64,000 nucleotides of DNA from the NCBI GenBank assembly GCA_026393895.1, contig JAPKZG010000043.1, forward strand, positions 7,761 through 71,760, read 5' to 3'. Under the pieces are notes generated by a model that saw nothing but the letters and a program-made list of their open reading frames with translations, was not told where the DNA came from and did not search any database. Shown here one piece after another: positions 39,567 to 49,610 of the stretch (positions are counted from its first letter, which is position 1; every line of letters begins with the position of its first letter). The DNA is from Candidatus Aminicenantes bacterium (lineage in GTDB: Bacteria; Acidobacteriota; Aminicenantia; Aminicenantales; UBA4085). Position numbers and translations under genes: made by a program.

Positions 39567-40850
39567 CTATTTATATCTGATCCACTTGACGATTTCCGGG
39601 ATGCTCGGTTTTTTCCCGTACATCAGGATCCCGACCCGGTATATTTTCGCCGACAGCCAGACCATGCCGACGGTCGTCAGAATCATAAGGACGATCGAAC
39701 CGAGGACCTGGGTGAGCGGCGGCAGGACGATCGAAATCCGCTGGAGCATCAGGATCGGGGCGAAGAACGGGATCATCGACAGAATCACCGAGAGGCTCGA
39801 ATTCGGGCTGCGCATGACGTACTGCATCATCAGGATCGGGACGATGAGGCACATCGTCACCGGAAAGAGCATCTGTTGGGCTTCCTTCTCGTTGTTCGAG
39901 GCCGAGCCGACGGCGGCGTAAAGGGTGGCGTAAAGAAGATAGCCGAGGATGAAGAAGACGACGAAATAAACGAACACGTAGGGCGGGATACTGGCCATGG
40001 CGAAACCCGAGGCCTTCGCCCCCGGCGCGATCGAGCCGACGATCGAACCGCCGTACTGGGTCAGGAAGTACCCGAACAGGGCCCAGATCGCGTATTGGGT
40101 CAATCCGACCAGGGCGATCCCCAGGATCTTCCCCATCATCAGTTGAAACGGCCGGAGCGAGGACAGGACGACCTCGACCACCCGGTTGGTTTTTTCCTCC
40201 AGGACGCCGCGCAAAATCATGGCCCCGTACATGAACATCGTCATGTACAACACCATGACCAGGACGAAGGTGACGATGAACGAGCCGCCGGTATCCCGCT
40301 CCCGGCCCTTCTCGCTGACCTTGACCGTGTCCATCTTAACCGGCTTGGTGTAGGCGGAGATTTTATCCGGGTTGAGCCCCTCGGCTTTTAACCGTTTGCC
40401 GACGACCACGTCGCTAAGCGTATGCGAGAGAGTTTCGATCTGGTTGAAGTCCGAGGTTTGGCGGGAGGCGTATTCGGCCGTCCCCTCCGAAAGAGCATCC
40501 GCCGGGATATAAAGATACCCCGAGTATTTCCCGGACATGACGCCCCGTCCCAATTCCGATTTCTGCGCGTCCGCGTCGGCCTCCGGGGCGACCGGAACGA
40601 CCGTGTATTTCTCGCTTCCGTCACCCATTTTGAACTTGGCCAGTTCGCCGGCGAAATCGGCCTGGAGCACGCCCGTGCCGTCGACGACGGCCAGCGTGCT
40701 TTTCTCACCCTTCCCGCTGACGGCCATAATGACCGGAAGCACCGTGATCGCCAGCATGAACACCGGGCCGAGGACCGTGCTGATGATGAAGGCCTTCGTC
40801 CGGACGTGCGAGATATATTCCCTTTTGATGACGGTCCAGATCTTTTTCAT
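39567..40850 (-). CDS. ABC-2 family exporter permease (NatB-like)
   Basis: 427 aa; N-terminal TM, large periplasmic loop, 5 C-terminal TMs; 4-bp overlap with ATPase gene. Confidence 0.75.
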   Translation of the reverse strand: MKKIWTVIKREYISHVRTKAFIISTVLGPVFMLAITVLPVIMAVSGKGEKSTLAVVDGTGVLQADFAGELAKFKMGDGSEKYTVVPVAPEADADAQKSELGRGVMSGKYSGYLYIPADALSEGTAEYASRQTSDFNQIETLSHTLSDVVVGKRLKAEGLNPDKISAYTKPVKMDTVKVSEKGRERDTGGSFIVTFVLVMVLYMTMFMYGAMILRGVLEEKTNRVVEVVLSSLRPFQLMMGKILGIALVGLTQYAIWALFGYFLTQYGGSIVGSIAPGAKASGFAMASIPPYVFVYFVVFFILGYLLYATLYAAVGSASNNEKEAQQMLFPVTMCLIVPILMMQYVMRSPNSSLSVILSMIPFFAPILMLQRISIVLPPLTQVLGSIVLMILTTVGMVWLSAKIYRVGILMYGKKPSIPEIVKWIRYK

Positions 40851-41752
40851 TGTTCGCTCCGGCCGACTTTCTCGATGAAAATCGCGTTGAGGGACGGTTC
40901 CTGAATTTCGAATTTCGCGACCCGGACCCGGCCGGCGAGGATTTTCAGGATCTCCTGGGGATCGGCCTTCTCCTTAAGCCGGATTTCGGCCGCCCGGCCG
41001 TAGTCGTCGATCTTTTCGATGTCCGGATTTCCCTTCAAGAAATCGATCGAACCCTCATATTCGAGAACGACCGTATTTTTCCCGTATTCTTTCTTGATGT
41101 CCTGAAGGCGGCCCCGGAGCACCGCCTCGCCCTTGTTGATCAGGCAGATGTCGTCGCAGATCATCTCGACCTGCTCCATCCGGTGGGTGGAAAAGACAAT
41201 CGTCTTTCCGTCGGCCCGCAATTCGAGCATGACGTCCTTGAGGAGTTTCGTGTTGACCGGGTCCAGCCCGCCGAACGGCTCGTCCAGAATGATGAGCTCG
41301 GGATCGTGGACGACGGTGGCGATGAACTGGATCTTCTGCTGCATCCCCTTGGACAGCTGCTCGACTTTTTTATCTTTCCACTCGGCGAGCTCGAACTTGG
41401 CCAGCCACTTGTCCAAGGCGGCCGGCGCGGCCGACCGCGGGACCCCCTTGATCTCGGCCAGGAATTCCAGGACCTCGCCGACCTTCATCTTGGGATACAA
41501 ACCCCGATCCTCGGGCAGGTAACCGATTTTCGATTTCATCGCCTCGTTCATGGCCCGGCCGAGAATGCCGATCTTCCCCTCATCCGGGATGATGATGTCC
41601 AGCATCATCCGGATCGAAGTGGTCTTTCCGGCACCGTTGGGCCCGAGGAGGCCGAAAACCGCGCCCCGGGGGATTTTCAGGGACAGATCCTTGACGGCGG
41701 TGAAAGCGCCGAATTTTTTGGAAACATGCTCCATCTCGACGGCGTAGTTCAA
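40847..41752 (-). CDS. ABC transporter ATP-binding protein (NatA-like)
   Basis: Walker A GPNGAGKTT, signature LSKGMQQKI, Walker B IILDEPFGGLD. Confidence 0.9.
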   Translation of the reverse strand: MNYAVEMEHVSKKFGAFTAVKDLSLKIPRGAVFGLLGPNGAGKTTSIRMMLDIIIPDEGKIGILGRAMNEAMKSKIGYLPEDRGLYPKMKVGEVLEFLAEIKGVPRSAAPAALDKWLAKFELAEWKDKKVEQLSKGMQQKIQFIATVVHDPELIILDEPFGGLDPVNTKLLKDVMLELRADGKTIVFSTHRMEQVEMICDDICLINKGEAVLRGRLQDIKKEYGKNTVVLEYEGSIDFLKGNPDIEKIDDYGRAAEIRLKEKADPQEILKILAGRVRVAKFEIQEPSLNAIFIEKVGRSEQ

Positions 41753-42002
41753 CGTTTCTCCTCCTCGTGGCGCTCTACGTCGCGGCTTTAGCCCGGCGGC
41801 GCGGCCGGCAGACGCCGGATATAATGTTTTATTATACGCTAAAAAGACGAAAGGGTTTTCGGCGCCGCACCGCGCCGCGGTTTGTCCCGAGCCGGGCTGA
41901 CGCCGTGACCTGGTTCACGGCCGAGCCGGGCGATCGCCGCGGCTCGTAATTTTAACCAGGCCCCGTTTTTGGTATGATAACCTGTCCTCAATAACGGAGT
42001 CG

Positions 42003-43730
42003 GTGAAACGCATGAAAAAAAGAACCTATATCTGGATCCTGGTCCTGACCTTCTTCGTCCTCGCCGCGGCCACGACCGTTTCCTTTTTCTTCATTTCCTT
42101 CGACCGGGCTCCGACGATTCCCTCTTCGGCCTACCTCCGTCTCGATCTCTCCGGCCCGATCGTCGATTACCCCGAAACCGGTTTTTGGACGGCCTTCCTC
42201 CCCGGCGGCCGGGCGCTTTCTGTCCATGACGTTTGGATGTCCCTCCGGATGGCCAAAGTCGACCGGCGGATCGAGGGGATTTTTCTCAAAATCGGCCCCC
42301 TCGAATGCGACTGGGCCAAATGCGCCGAGATCCGCGACGCCCTCCTCGACTTCCGGCGTTCCGGGAAAAAGGCCGTCGCCTTTCTGGAGGAGCTTCCTGA
42401 GGCAGACAAGGAATATTATCTGGCGACCGGCTGCGACCGGATCGCCATCCATCCGCTCGGCTGGATCGGCATCAACGGCCTGGGCGGATTCGTCCCCTTT
42501 TTTAAAAAGGGGCTCGACATGCTCGGAATCCGGGCCGAATTCGAGCACGTCGAGGAATTCAAGACCGCTTACAATCAATTCACCGAAACCGGTTTTACCG
42601 CGGCCCACCGCGAAATGACGGAGTCCCTGCTCCGAAGCCGCTTCGAGGATTATGTCGCGGCCGTCGCCGACGCCCGGAAAAAGAGCCCCGAGGAAGTCCG
42701 GGCGTTGATCGACCGGGCGTTTTTCCAGGGCGAGCAGGCCAAGGAGGCCGGGCTCGTCGACGAAGTCCTCTATGAGGACCAAGCCGTCGCCCTTTGGGCG
42801 AAAGACGGCCGACCGGCCAAGCCGGTCCTTCTTTCCGCCTATGAACGGGTCGATCCCTCCTCCCTCGGCCTGAACATCGGACGCCGCATCGCCCTGATCT
42901 ACGGCCAGGGGGCGATCCACGGCGGCTCCGGTCTGGCCCAGACCATGGGCTCGGATACGGTCACCGGCTGGTTCCGGGCCGCCCGGGAGGATTCTTCGAT
43001 CGCGGCCGTCGTTTTCCGGGTCGACAGTCCCGGCGGCTCGGCCGTGGCCTCGGACGCGATCTGGCGCGAAGTTCAATTGACCCGGAAAAAGAAACCCGTC
43101 GTCGTCTCGATGTCCGACCTGGCCGGCTCGGGCGGTTACTGGATCGCCATGGGCGCCGATAAAATCATCGCCCAACCTCAAACGCTGACCGGATCGATCG
43201 GGGTCATTTCCGGGAAATTCGATCTTTCCGGGTTGGCCGGAAAACTCGGAATCACGACCGAAAAAATCGCTTTGGGAGAAAAAGCCGACATCTTTTCGCC
43301 GTACCGGCCCATGACCGCCGGGGAACACGCCTTGTTCAAGAAACAAATTCTCTGGATCTATGACCGGTTCACGGCCCAAGCGGCCGAGGGGCGAAAAATG
43401 ACTCCGGAAGCCGTCAACCGCGTCGGCCGGGGCCGCGTCTGGACCGGACGTCAGGCCAAGGATTTGGGGCTGGTGGACGAGCTGGGCGGACTTTCGAAAG
43501 CGATCGAAACGGCTAAAAACCTGGCCGGGATCGACGTCCAAGAGGAGGTCCGCCTGGTTGTCTGGCCCAAACGCATCCCGTTTTTCGCCTCGATTTTCGG
43601 CCGCCGGGAAACGGAAGCGACCCGCGCCCTGGCCGGGATTCTTCCTCCCGAATGGCGAAACGCTCTTGATTGGGCGAGGCGTCTCAACGAGGAGCGCGTC
43701 TGGGCCGTGATGCCGGTCTTGCCGCAATAG
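42003..43730 (+). CDS. sppA: signal peptide peptidase SppA (67K type, tandem S49 domains)
   Basis: 575 aa; N-terminal TM; S49 motifs (VVSMSDLAGSGGYWIA...GSIGVISGKF); start could be GTG 42003 or ATG 42012. Confidence 0.85.
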   Translation: MKRMKKRTYIWILVLTFFVLAAATTVSFFFISFDRAPTIPSSAYLRLDLSGPIVDYPETGFWTAFLPGGRALSVHDVWMSLRMAKVDRRIEGIFLKIGPLECDWAKCAEIRDALLDFRRSGKKAVAFLEELPEADKEYYLATGCDRIAIHPLGWIGINGLGGFVPFFKKGLDMLGIRAEFEHVEEFKTAYNQFTETGFTAAHREMTESLLRSRFEDYVAAVADARKKSPEEVRALIDRAFFQGEQAKEAGLVDEVLYEDQAVALWAKDGRPAKPVLLSAYERVDPSSLGLNIGRRIALIYGQGAIHGGSGLAQTMGSDTVTGWFRAAREDSSIAAVVFRVDSPGGSAVASDAIWREVQLTRKKKPVVVSMSDLAGSGGYWIAMGADKIIAQPQTLTGSIGVISGKFDLSGLAGKLGITTEKIALGEKADIFSPYRPMTAGEHALFKKQILWIYDRFTAQAAEGRKMTPEAVNRVGRGRVWTGRQAKDLGLVDELGGLSKAIETAKNLAGIDVQEEVRLVVWPKRIPFFASIFGRRETEATRALAGILPPEWRNALDWARRLNEERVWAVMPVLPQ

Positions 43731-43758
43731 CCGGTTCGAAGAAGGCCTGGGGGAAATT

Positions 43759-44064
43759 TTACTTGTCGGGTTTCTTGATGATGACTTTTTCGTCGGGCTT
43801 CATCAGCCACAATTTTTCCCGGGCTTCCTTGTCCACGGAATTCGGATCGGCCTTCAACGCGGCAATCTCCCGCTCCAGCCGGGCCTTGTCCTGCTTGAGG
43901 ATTTCGATCTCGTGCATCAGCCCGGCCTGAATTTTCCGAGCGCGGGCGATTTCGATCAGCCCTTTTTCCCCGAACACGGTGGTGATGAGAAGCACGACCA
44001 GAAGAAATTCGAGGGCGAGAAGGGCGGCTTTTTTCCAAAATCCGCCGGATTTTTTCTCATTCAC
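43759..44064 (-). CDS. septum formation initiator family protein (FtsB/DivIC-like)
   Basis: 101 aa; N-terminal TM then coiled coil; ATGA overlap with downstream gene. Confidence 0.65.
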   Translation of the reverse strand: MNEKKSGGFWKKAALLALEFLLVVLLITTVFGEKGLIEIARARKIQAGLMHEIEILKQDKARLEREIAALKADPNSVDKEAREKLWLMKPDEKVIIKKPDK

Positions 44065-45461
44065 CCGAGTTTATCCAAGGCCGCTTTGACGAGGGCCCGG
44101 AGGTCTTTTTTCGTGCCCGCCTCGGCATAACAGCGGATGAGCGGCTCCGTCCCCGAGGGACGAAGCAAAACCCAGTCGTCGCCGGTGAAATCGAATTTGA
44201 TGCCCTCGATCGTCTCGATCTTCTCCACCGGGCGGCCGGCCAGCCGGGTCGGCGGAAGCTTGATCAGCCGGCGCAGGTTGCGGGTCCGTTCCGGGTTGGA
44301 CGGGATGTTCTTTTGCAGCCCGATTCTCTCCCCGTACTTGCGAAACAACTCGACGATGAGGTCGGACAGGCGGCGACCGGCCGAGGCGATCATTTCAGCC
44401 GCGAGAAGGCCGGCAAAAATGCCGTCCTTTTCCGGGAGATGATGGGCAATGGCGATGGAAGCGGTTTCTTCCCCGCCGAAGATGATTTTATCCTGAAGCC
44501 AGAGATCGGCCAGGAATTTGAATCCCACCGGCGTTTTGTACAACGGCAGGTCGTGGGCCCGGGCGATCCGGTCGATAAGATGCGTCGTCGAGACGGACCG
44601 GGCGATCCCGCCCCGCCACCCCTTCGTTTCCACGAGATAATCGAGAAGGACGGCCAGGACGAGATTGGGATGGACGACGCGCCCTTCATGGTCGACGATG
44701 CCGAAACGGTCTCCATCGGCGTCGGTCGCAATTCCCAGGTCGCAATGCTGCTCGAGGACGAGGCGCCGCAGGTCGGCCAGGTTTTCCTCGGTGCAGGAAG
44801 GCGCGATCCCGCCGAAATAGGGATCGATGTATCCATGAATTTCCTCGACCGGGATCCCGTTCTCGCTCAGGATTTCATCGAGGTATTCCCGGCTTGTTCC
44901 GTAGAGAGAATCCACGCCCACCTTGATTCCGGCCTTCCGGATAAGCTCGAAGTCGATCTTGTCCTGGATGAACGTCAGATAATCGTTCCGCAGATCGATC
45001 TTTTCGATGTATTCGGTCCGCGGATAGTCGGGAAAGACGTTGAAATTGCCCTGAAGACGGCGGATTTCCGCCTCCAGGGCGTTGGTTTCGTTGGGCATGG
45101 CCGGGGCGCCGGTTTCCACGTTGTATTTAAGGCCGTTGTATTCGGGAGGGTTGAACGACGCGGTGAAATTGATGCCCCCTTGGGCGCCGCGCTTGATGAT
45201 CTGATAAGCCTGGGCCTGGGTGGGCGCGTCGCGTTCCGAGAGGAAAACCTTGATCTTGTTGTGGGACAGGATCCGGGCCGCTTCCGCGGCAAAGCGTTCC
45301 GACAGGAACCGTGTGTCGTAATTGACCAGGACGGAGATGTCCCGGCCGGCGTATTTCGCCTGGAGCAGGTTGGCCAGGGACTGGACGACCAAGCGGACGT
45401 TCTGGAAGGTGAATTCCTCGCCCATTACCGCCCGCCAGCCCGAAGTCCCGAAATTAATCAT
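44061..45461 (-). CDS. phosphoglucomutase/phosphomannomutase family protein
   Basis: start MINFGTSGWRA at ATG 45461..45459; alpha/beta/alpha domains I-III; Mg site DADGDR; active-site loop reads TASFNP rather than TASHNP. Confidence 0.8.
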   Translation of the reverse strand: MINFGTSGWRAVMGEEFTFQNVRLVVQSLANLLQAKYAGRDISVLVNYDTRFLSERFAAEAARILSHNKIKVFLSERDAPTQAQAYQIIKRGAQGGINFTASFNPPEYNGLKYNVETGAPAMPNETNALEAEIRRLQGNFNVFPDYPRTEYIEKIDLRNDYLTFIQDKIDFELIRKAGIKVGVDSLYGTSREYLDEILSENGIPVEEIHGYIDPYFGGIAPSCTEENLADLRRLVLEQHCDLGIATDADGDRFGIVDHEGRVVHPNLVLAVLLDYLVETKGWRGGIARSVSTTHLIDRIARAHDLPLYKTPVGFKFLADLWLQDKIIFGGEETASIAIAHHLPEKDGIFAGLLAAEMIASAGRRLSDLIVELFRKYGERIGLQKNIPSNPERTRNLRRLIKLPPTRLAGRPVEKIETIEGIKFDFTGDDWVLLRPSGTEPLIRCYAEAGTKKDLRALVKAALDKLG

Positions 45462-45512
45462 GATTTTCTTCAAACTAACATAAGACCCCGCCGGGATGCA
45501 ACAGGACACTAT

Positions 45513-45542
45513 TGAGGGGGAACCCTTTCTTGGGTTCCCCCT
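45513..45542. repeat. perfect 12-bp-stem hairpin GAGGGGGAACCC-tttctt-GGGTTCCCCCTC (shares GGGGAACCC/GGGTTCCCC core with 30516-30541)
   Basis: direct reading. Confidence 0.6.
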
Positions 45543-45675
45543 CAACGGGCACCGGCCGCGCATCTTCGAAAGCGCGGCTTGCCCTGCTTCCCCTCCGATG
45601 AAGCCTTTCGCGATGACCTTATTTAGGTCGGGCACATTCTGACTCTGGAGGAGGCATTCCCTTTCCCGGGTTCCC

Positions 45676-45745
45676 TCTAAGTCCTACGCGAGCTTTGCGA
45701 GCTAGGAAAGTCCTCCCTGCCCTTGGCGTGAGGGCAGCGCACCAT
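45676..45745. repeat. inverted-orientation copy of AGTCCTACGC...CGCCAAGGGCAGGGAGGACT motif (compare 30357-30385)
   Basis: reverse complement of 45700-45745 contains cgccaagggcagggaggact and gcaaagc as in 30360-30395. Confidence 0.4.
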
Positions 45746-45921
45746 TTCTGTCTGACGCAGAAACGGTCCTGCCTCTCATCCAATTAAGCCTTACGCGTTG
45801 ACTTCTGTTAGGCGCAGACCCCTCTGTCGGCCGGGCCCCCGAAATAATTGAGAATTGACATCCGCCGCCAAACCTTTTACGATTCAATTGCATACCGAGA
45901 TTTTTCGGGAGGAGGGCTTTC

Positions 45922-46545
45922 GTGAAAAAACTTCTGGCGGTCGGCGCGGTCGTCGTTATTCTGGGTCCTTTGTCCATTTTCGCCCAACCGGAACCCTCCA
46001 ACGGAAAATTCAGCCTGGCCGCCGCCGGCGGCGCTTTCTTCCCCCTGGGAACCGCTTTCAAAGAAACATACCTTCCCGGGCCGGGCGGCAGCCTGACGAT
46101 CGGTTACCGGTTCTCCCCCGTCATTCAAGTCTTCCTCGACCTGGGATATCAATTCCACAAGCTCGATCACGGTATTTTTTCTTCATATTATTCCGTCACG
46201 GGCGGAAATTTCGGGATTTTATCCATGGTTCCCGGGGTGAAGCTTTATATCCCGGGCGAGAATAGGCTGGGAGTATATGTCATGGCCGGGGCGGGCCTGT
46301 TCAGGTCCACGATCGGCGAATTGACGGTATCCGCCCCGGGATTTGAAGGCGTCACGCGCGAAAAGGAGTCCGAAACGAGATTTGGCTATGTCCTCGGGAG
46401 CGGTTTGGAATATCTCCTGACGAATACGGTCAACTTTCTGGGAGAACTCCGTTTCACCGATATTTTCCCCGGTTCGAAAAACGCGAACAACGAAACGAAT
46501 CTTCGGCATTTCTCTTTTCGGCTTGGATTGAGGTTGACATTCTGA
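45922..46545 (+). CDS. outer-membrane beta-barrel protein (OmpW/OMP_b-brl-like)
   Basis: GTG start after RBS gggaggaggg; signal peptide; alternating beta-strand pattern; C-terminal LRLGLRLTF. Confidence 0.65.
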   Translation: MKKLLAVGAVVVILGPLSIFAQPEPSNGKFSLAAAGGAFFPLGTAFKETYLPGPGGSLTIGYRFSPVIQVFLDLGYQFHKLDHGIFSSYYSVTGGNFGILSMVPGVKLYIPGENRLGVYVMAGAGLFRSTIGELTVSAPGFEGVTREKESETRFGYVLGSGLEYLLTNTVNFLGELRFTDIFPGSKNANNETNLRHFSFRLGLRLTF

Positions 46546-46778
46546 ACGTTCCCGGCGTCCTCATCACCTCTCCCGAAGCGCCTATCAGGGTAATTCCCCT
46601 GAAAATATTCACCTGCCGAATCACCCCTTGGGGGGATTGCCCCCAAACGCCCCTCTTGCATAATGAACGGGTCTGGGATAGGATTTTGTCGGGATGACTC
46701 CCAGAAAGGAGATCGGCTGAACTCATTGACGGAGAGATCAAAATCTGCTAAGGATGAAGAAGGAAATTGAGGAAGGCC

Positions 46779-47297
46779 ATGGCATCGACTGAAGGGGAAG
46801 AACGGGCCGTTTATCCCGGATCGTTCGATCCGATCACCAACGGCCACATGGACATCATTCGCCGGGGGGCGAAACTTTTTCCCCGGATCCTTGTTGCCGT
46901 TTTGGAAAATCCCAAGAAGGCGACGTTGCTGTCGACTGAGGAAAGGGTAGCCATCATCCGGGATATTTTCAAGGATCAGCCCCATATCGAAGTCGAAGCG
47001 TTCCACGGCCTTCTGACCGACTTCACCCGGGTCCGCGGCGCCCGGGCGGTGATCCGGGGTCTGCGAGCGATCTCGGACTTCGAGTATGAGCTGCAAATGG
47101 CTCTGATGAACCAGCAGCTGAACCCCGACCTGGAAACCCTTTTCATGATGCCCAGCGCCCGCTATACGTTCCTCAGTTCCAGCCTGGTGAAGGAAGTTTT
47201 TGCCCTGGGCGGATCCGTTCACGAACTCGTTCCCCCCATCGTCGAACAAAAGCTCCGTGAGAAATTCGCCTCAAACCCGGAGTCATTATCTTCATAA
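46779..47297 (+). CDS. coaD: pantetheine-phosphate adenylyltransferase
   Basis: MASTEGEERAVYPGSFDPITNGHMDII (T/HxGH motif); RBS gaggaagg. Confidence 0.9.
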   Translation: MASTEGEERAVYPGSFDPITNGHMDIIRRGAKLFPRILVAVLENPKKATLLSTEERVAIIRDIFKDQPHIEVEAFHGLLTDFTRVRGARAVIRGLRAISDFEYELQMALMNQQLNPDLETLFMMPSARYTFLSSSLVKEVFALGGSVHELVPPIVEQKLREKFASNPESLSS

Positions 47298-47312
47298 GAG
47301 GACAGGTATGAC

Positions 47313-48392
47313 ATGTTCGGCCTAACCCGCGACAAAACCATCGTCGGCCTGGACATCGGCTCGCACGGCGTGAAGGTCCTCGAACTCAACCTGAAAAAGA
47401 AGGGGAAAAAGGACTCCTTCGAGGTCGCCCATATCGGGTACGAACCCCTGCCTCACGACGCCATCGTCGAAGGGTCCATCATCGATTCCGCAGCCGTCGC
47501 CGGGACGATCAGCGCCGCCTTCGCCAAGGCGAAAATCACCTCCAAGGACGTCGGCCTGTCCATCTCCGGAAACTCGGTCATCATCAAAAAAATATCTCTC
47601 CCGGCCATGGAGACCCAGGAACTCGCCGAATCCATCATCTGGGAGGCGAAGCACAACATCCCTTATCCCTACGAGGAAACGCACGTCGATTACGCGATCC
47701 TCAAGCCGCCCCCGGGGTCCGAGGACCGGGGGCTCGAAATCCTGCTCGTCGCCGTCAAGAAGGATAAGGTGTCCTCCTACACCAACGTCATCAACCAGGC
47801 AAAAAAGAACCTGGTCGCGATCGAAGTCGACGCGTTTGCCCTCTTCAACGCCTTCGAAATCAATTATCCCGAGGAATTCGCTGAGAAAACCGTCGCCTTG
47901 GTCGAAATGGGCGCCAACGTCACGACAATCGTCGTCATCGATCACGGCGTCCCGCAATTGTTCCGCGACCTGTCCATCGGCGGTTCCTACATCACTGAAG
48001 CGATCCGCAAGGACCTGAACATCGGCTACCCGGAGGCGGAATCGCTCCTCAAGGGCGTCCCTCCGGCCGGCATTTCCGAAGCGGATTCGACGTCCCTTCT
48101 GGACATGAACGTGAAGGAGCTCCTTGACGAAATCGAAAAAACGCTCGCCTTTTTCACGGCCGAAGACCGCCGGGAGAAAAAGGTCGACCAAATCTACCTT
48201 TGCGGCGGCCTGGCGGGGATGATCAACCTGCCGGCGGCCTTCGAACAAAAATTCCATGTCGCGGCGGTCCCGTTCGACTCCTTCCGCAAAGTCCACTATA
48301 GTGAAAAAAAGCTGGATCCGATGTATGATCAGGAGATGGCCCCTTTGTTCGGCGTAGCCGTGGGGTTGGCCACGCGCAAACGGGAGAAATGA
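47313..48392 (+). CDS. pilM: type IV pilus assembly ATPase-fold protein PilM
   Basis: 359 aa; actin-like fold motifs VGLDIGSHGVKVLEL. Confidence 0.9.
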   Translation: MFGLTRDKTIVGLDIGSHGVKVLELNLKKKGKKDSFEVAHIGYEPLPHDAIVEGSIIDSAAVAGTISAAFAKAKITSKDVGLSISGNSVIIKKISLPAMETQELAESIIWEAKHNIPYPYEETHVDYAILKPPPGSEDRGLEILLVAVKKDKVSSYTNVINQAKKNLVAIEVDAFALFNAFEINYPEEFAEKTVALVEMGANVTTIVVIDHGVPQLFRDLSIGGSYITEAIRKDLNIGYPEAESLLKGVPPAGISEADSTSLLDMNVKELLDEIEKTLAFFTAEDRREKKVDQIYLCGGLAGMINLPAAFEQKFHVAAVPFDSFRKVHYSEKKLDPMYDQEMAPLFGVAVGLATRKREK

Positions 48393-48396
48393 TCCG

Positions 48397-49014
48397 ATGA
48401 TCCGCGTCAATCTCCTGAAAACCGACATCAAGGCCGGCGACAAAAAGACGCCCATCGGAGCTCCGGTCGCCGGTCCGGTCGAAAGCAAGCCCGAAAAAGC
48501 CAAGAAGTCCAACGTCGTCAACCTGATCATCTTCCTGGTCATCGCCGTCCTCGGCGCCCTGGCTTTTCTTCAAAAGAAATCCCTCGACTCCGAGCGGGCC
48601 CTGTTATCCGAAGCCCAGGAACAGCAGCGTGTTCTGACGCCCGTTCTCCAGAAGCTGGAACTCGTGGAACAGCAGAAAATTTTCCTGGAGAGCAAAATCG
48701 GGCTGATCGAGGAGTTGCGGGGCCGGCAGGCCATTCCCCTTCAGGTGCTCGACGCCTTGTCGCGCAACCTTCCCGAATGGGTCTGGCTCATGGAGGCCAC
48801 GTACAATGCCCAGGCGCTGGAAATCAAAGGCCGGGGACTTTCCAACATCCAGATCTCCGAATACTCGAAAGCCCTGCAGAAATCGGGCCTGTTTTCCGAC
48901 GTTACCATCTCCTCGTCCAACCAGATCACCGTCGGCAACAACGTTTTCCAGGAATTCATCCTCAAAGCCCAGCTCCCCGCCCCGGCGGCGACGAAAGGCC
49001 CGGTGGCCAAATGA
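48397..49014 (+). CDS. pilN: type IV pilus assembly protein PilN
   Basis: N-terminal MIRVNLL plus TM; gene order. Confidence 0.75.
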   Translation: MIRVNLLKTDIKAGDKKTPIGAPVAGPVESKPEKAKKSNVVNLIIFLVIAVLGALAFLQKKSLDSERALLSEAQEQQRVLTPVLQKLELVEQQKIFLESKIGLIEELRGRQAIPLQVLDALSRNLPEWVWLMEATYNAQALEIKGRGLSNIQISEYSKALQKSGLFSDVTISSSNQITVGNNVFQEFILKAQLPAPAATKGPVAK

Positions 49015-49610
49015 AAAACAAGGCCCTGACGACCTACATCCTGCTCGGAGCGATGGTTCTCGGCCTGTCCTATTTCGCCTACTTCAAACCGAAACAGGCC
49101 GCCTTGAAATCCGTCCGGAACGAACGCATTGAGGCGGAACAGCAGGTCGATCTTCTCCGGGTCAAAAAGCACCAGCTGGACGCCATCGAGGCCGAGTTGG
49201 TCACGCTCTCCACCTCGTTATCCGAGCTCGAAACGATCATCCCGCAGAAAAAGGAAACGAGCGACATCCTCCGCAACATCCAGCAGATGGCCTTCGACCA
49301 GCAGCTCGACCTCGTCCGGTTCGCCGAGGATCGGGAAACCACCCGGGATTTTTACACGGAATGGCCCATCCCGATCATCGTCAACGGGACCTTCCATAGC
49401 CTCGCCCAGTTTTTCGACCGCATCCTCCATTTCCCGAGGATTTTCAACATCGACGATTTCGCCATCAAAGCTCTGGCCGATCAGCGGGCGGGGAACACGA
49501 TCACCGCTTCGTTCACGCTCAAATCCTATTTCTTCCTGGAACAAACCTTGATCAAAAAGGCCGCGCCGAAAAGGCCGCAAGCGTCGACGAAGGAACGCAA
49601 TGAAATCTAA
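49011..49610 (+). CDS. pilO: type IV pilus assembly protein PilO
   Basis: ATGA overlap with pilN; TM then coiled coil; gene order. Confidence 0.65.
   Translation: MKNKALTTYILLGAMVLGLSYFAYFKPKQAALKSVRNERIEAEQQVDLLRVKKHQLDAIEAELVTLSTSLSELETIIPQKKETSDILRNIQQMAFDQQLDLVRFAEDRETTRDFYTEWPIPIIVNGTFHSLAQFFDRILHFPRIFNIDDFAIKALADQRAGNTITASFTLKSYFFLEQTLIKKAAPKRPQASTKERNEI

Noticed and set aside
39363-40391. 342-aa + strand ORF starting in the repeat-rich intergenic region
   Set aside because: Runs antisense through the ABC-2 permease gene; highly charged, low-complexity translation (RD/RE runs).
41988-43727. 579-aa minus-strand ORF
   Set aside because: Antisense to sppA.
44061-45635. Full 524-aa extent of the PGM-family ORF
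   Set aside because: The N-terminal 58 codons lack similarity and extend into the repeat-containing intergenic region; the family-typical start MINFGTSGWR at 45461 was used instead.
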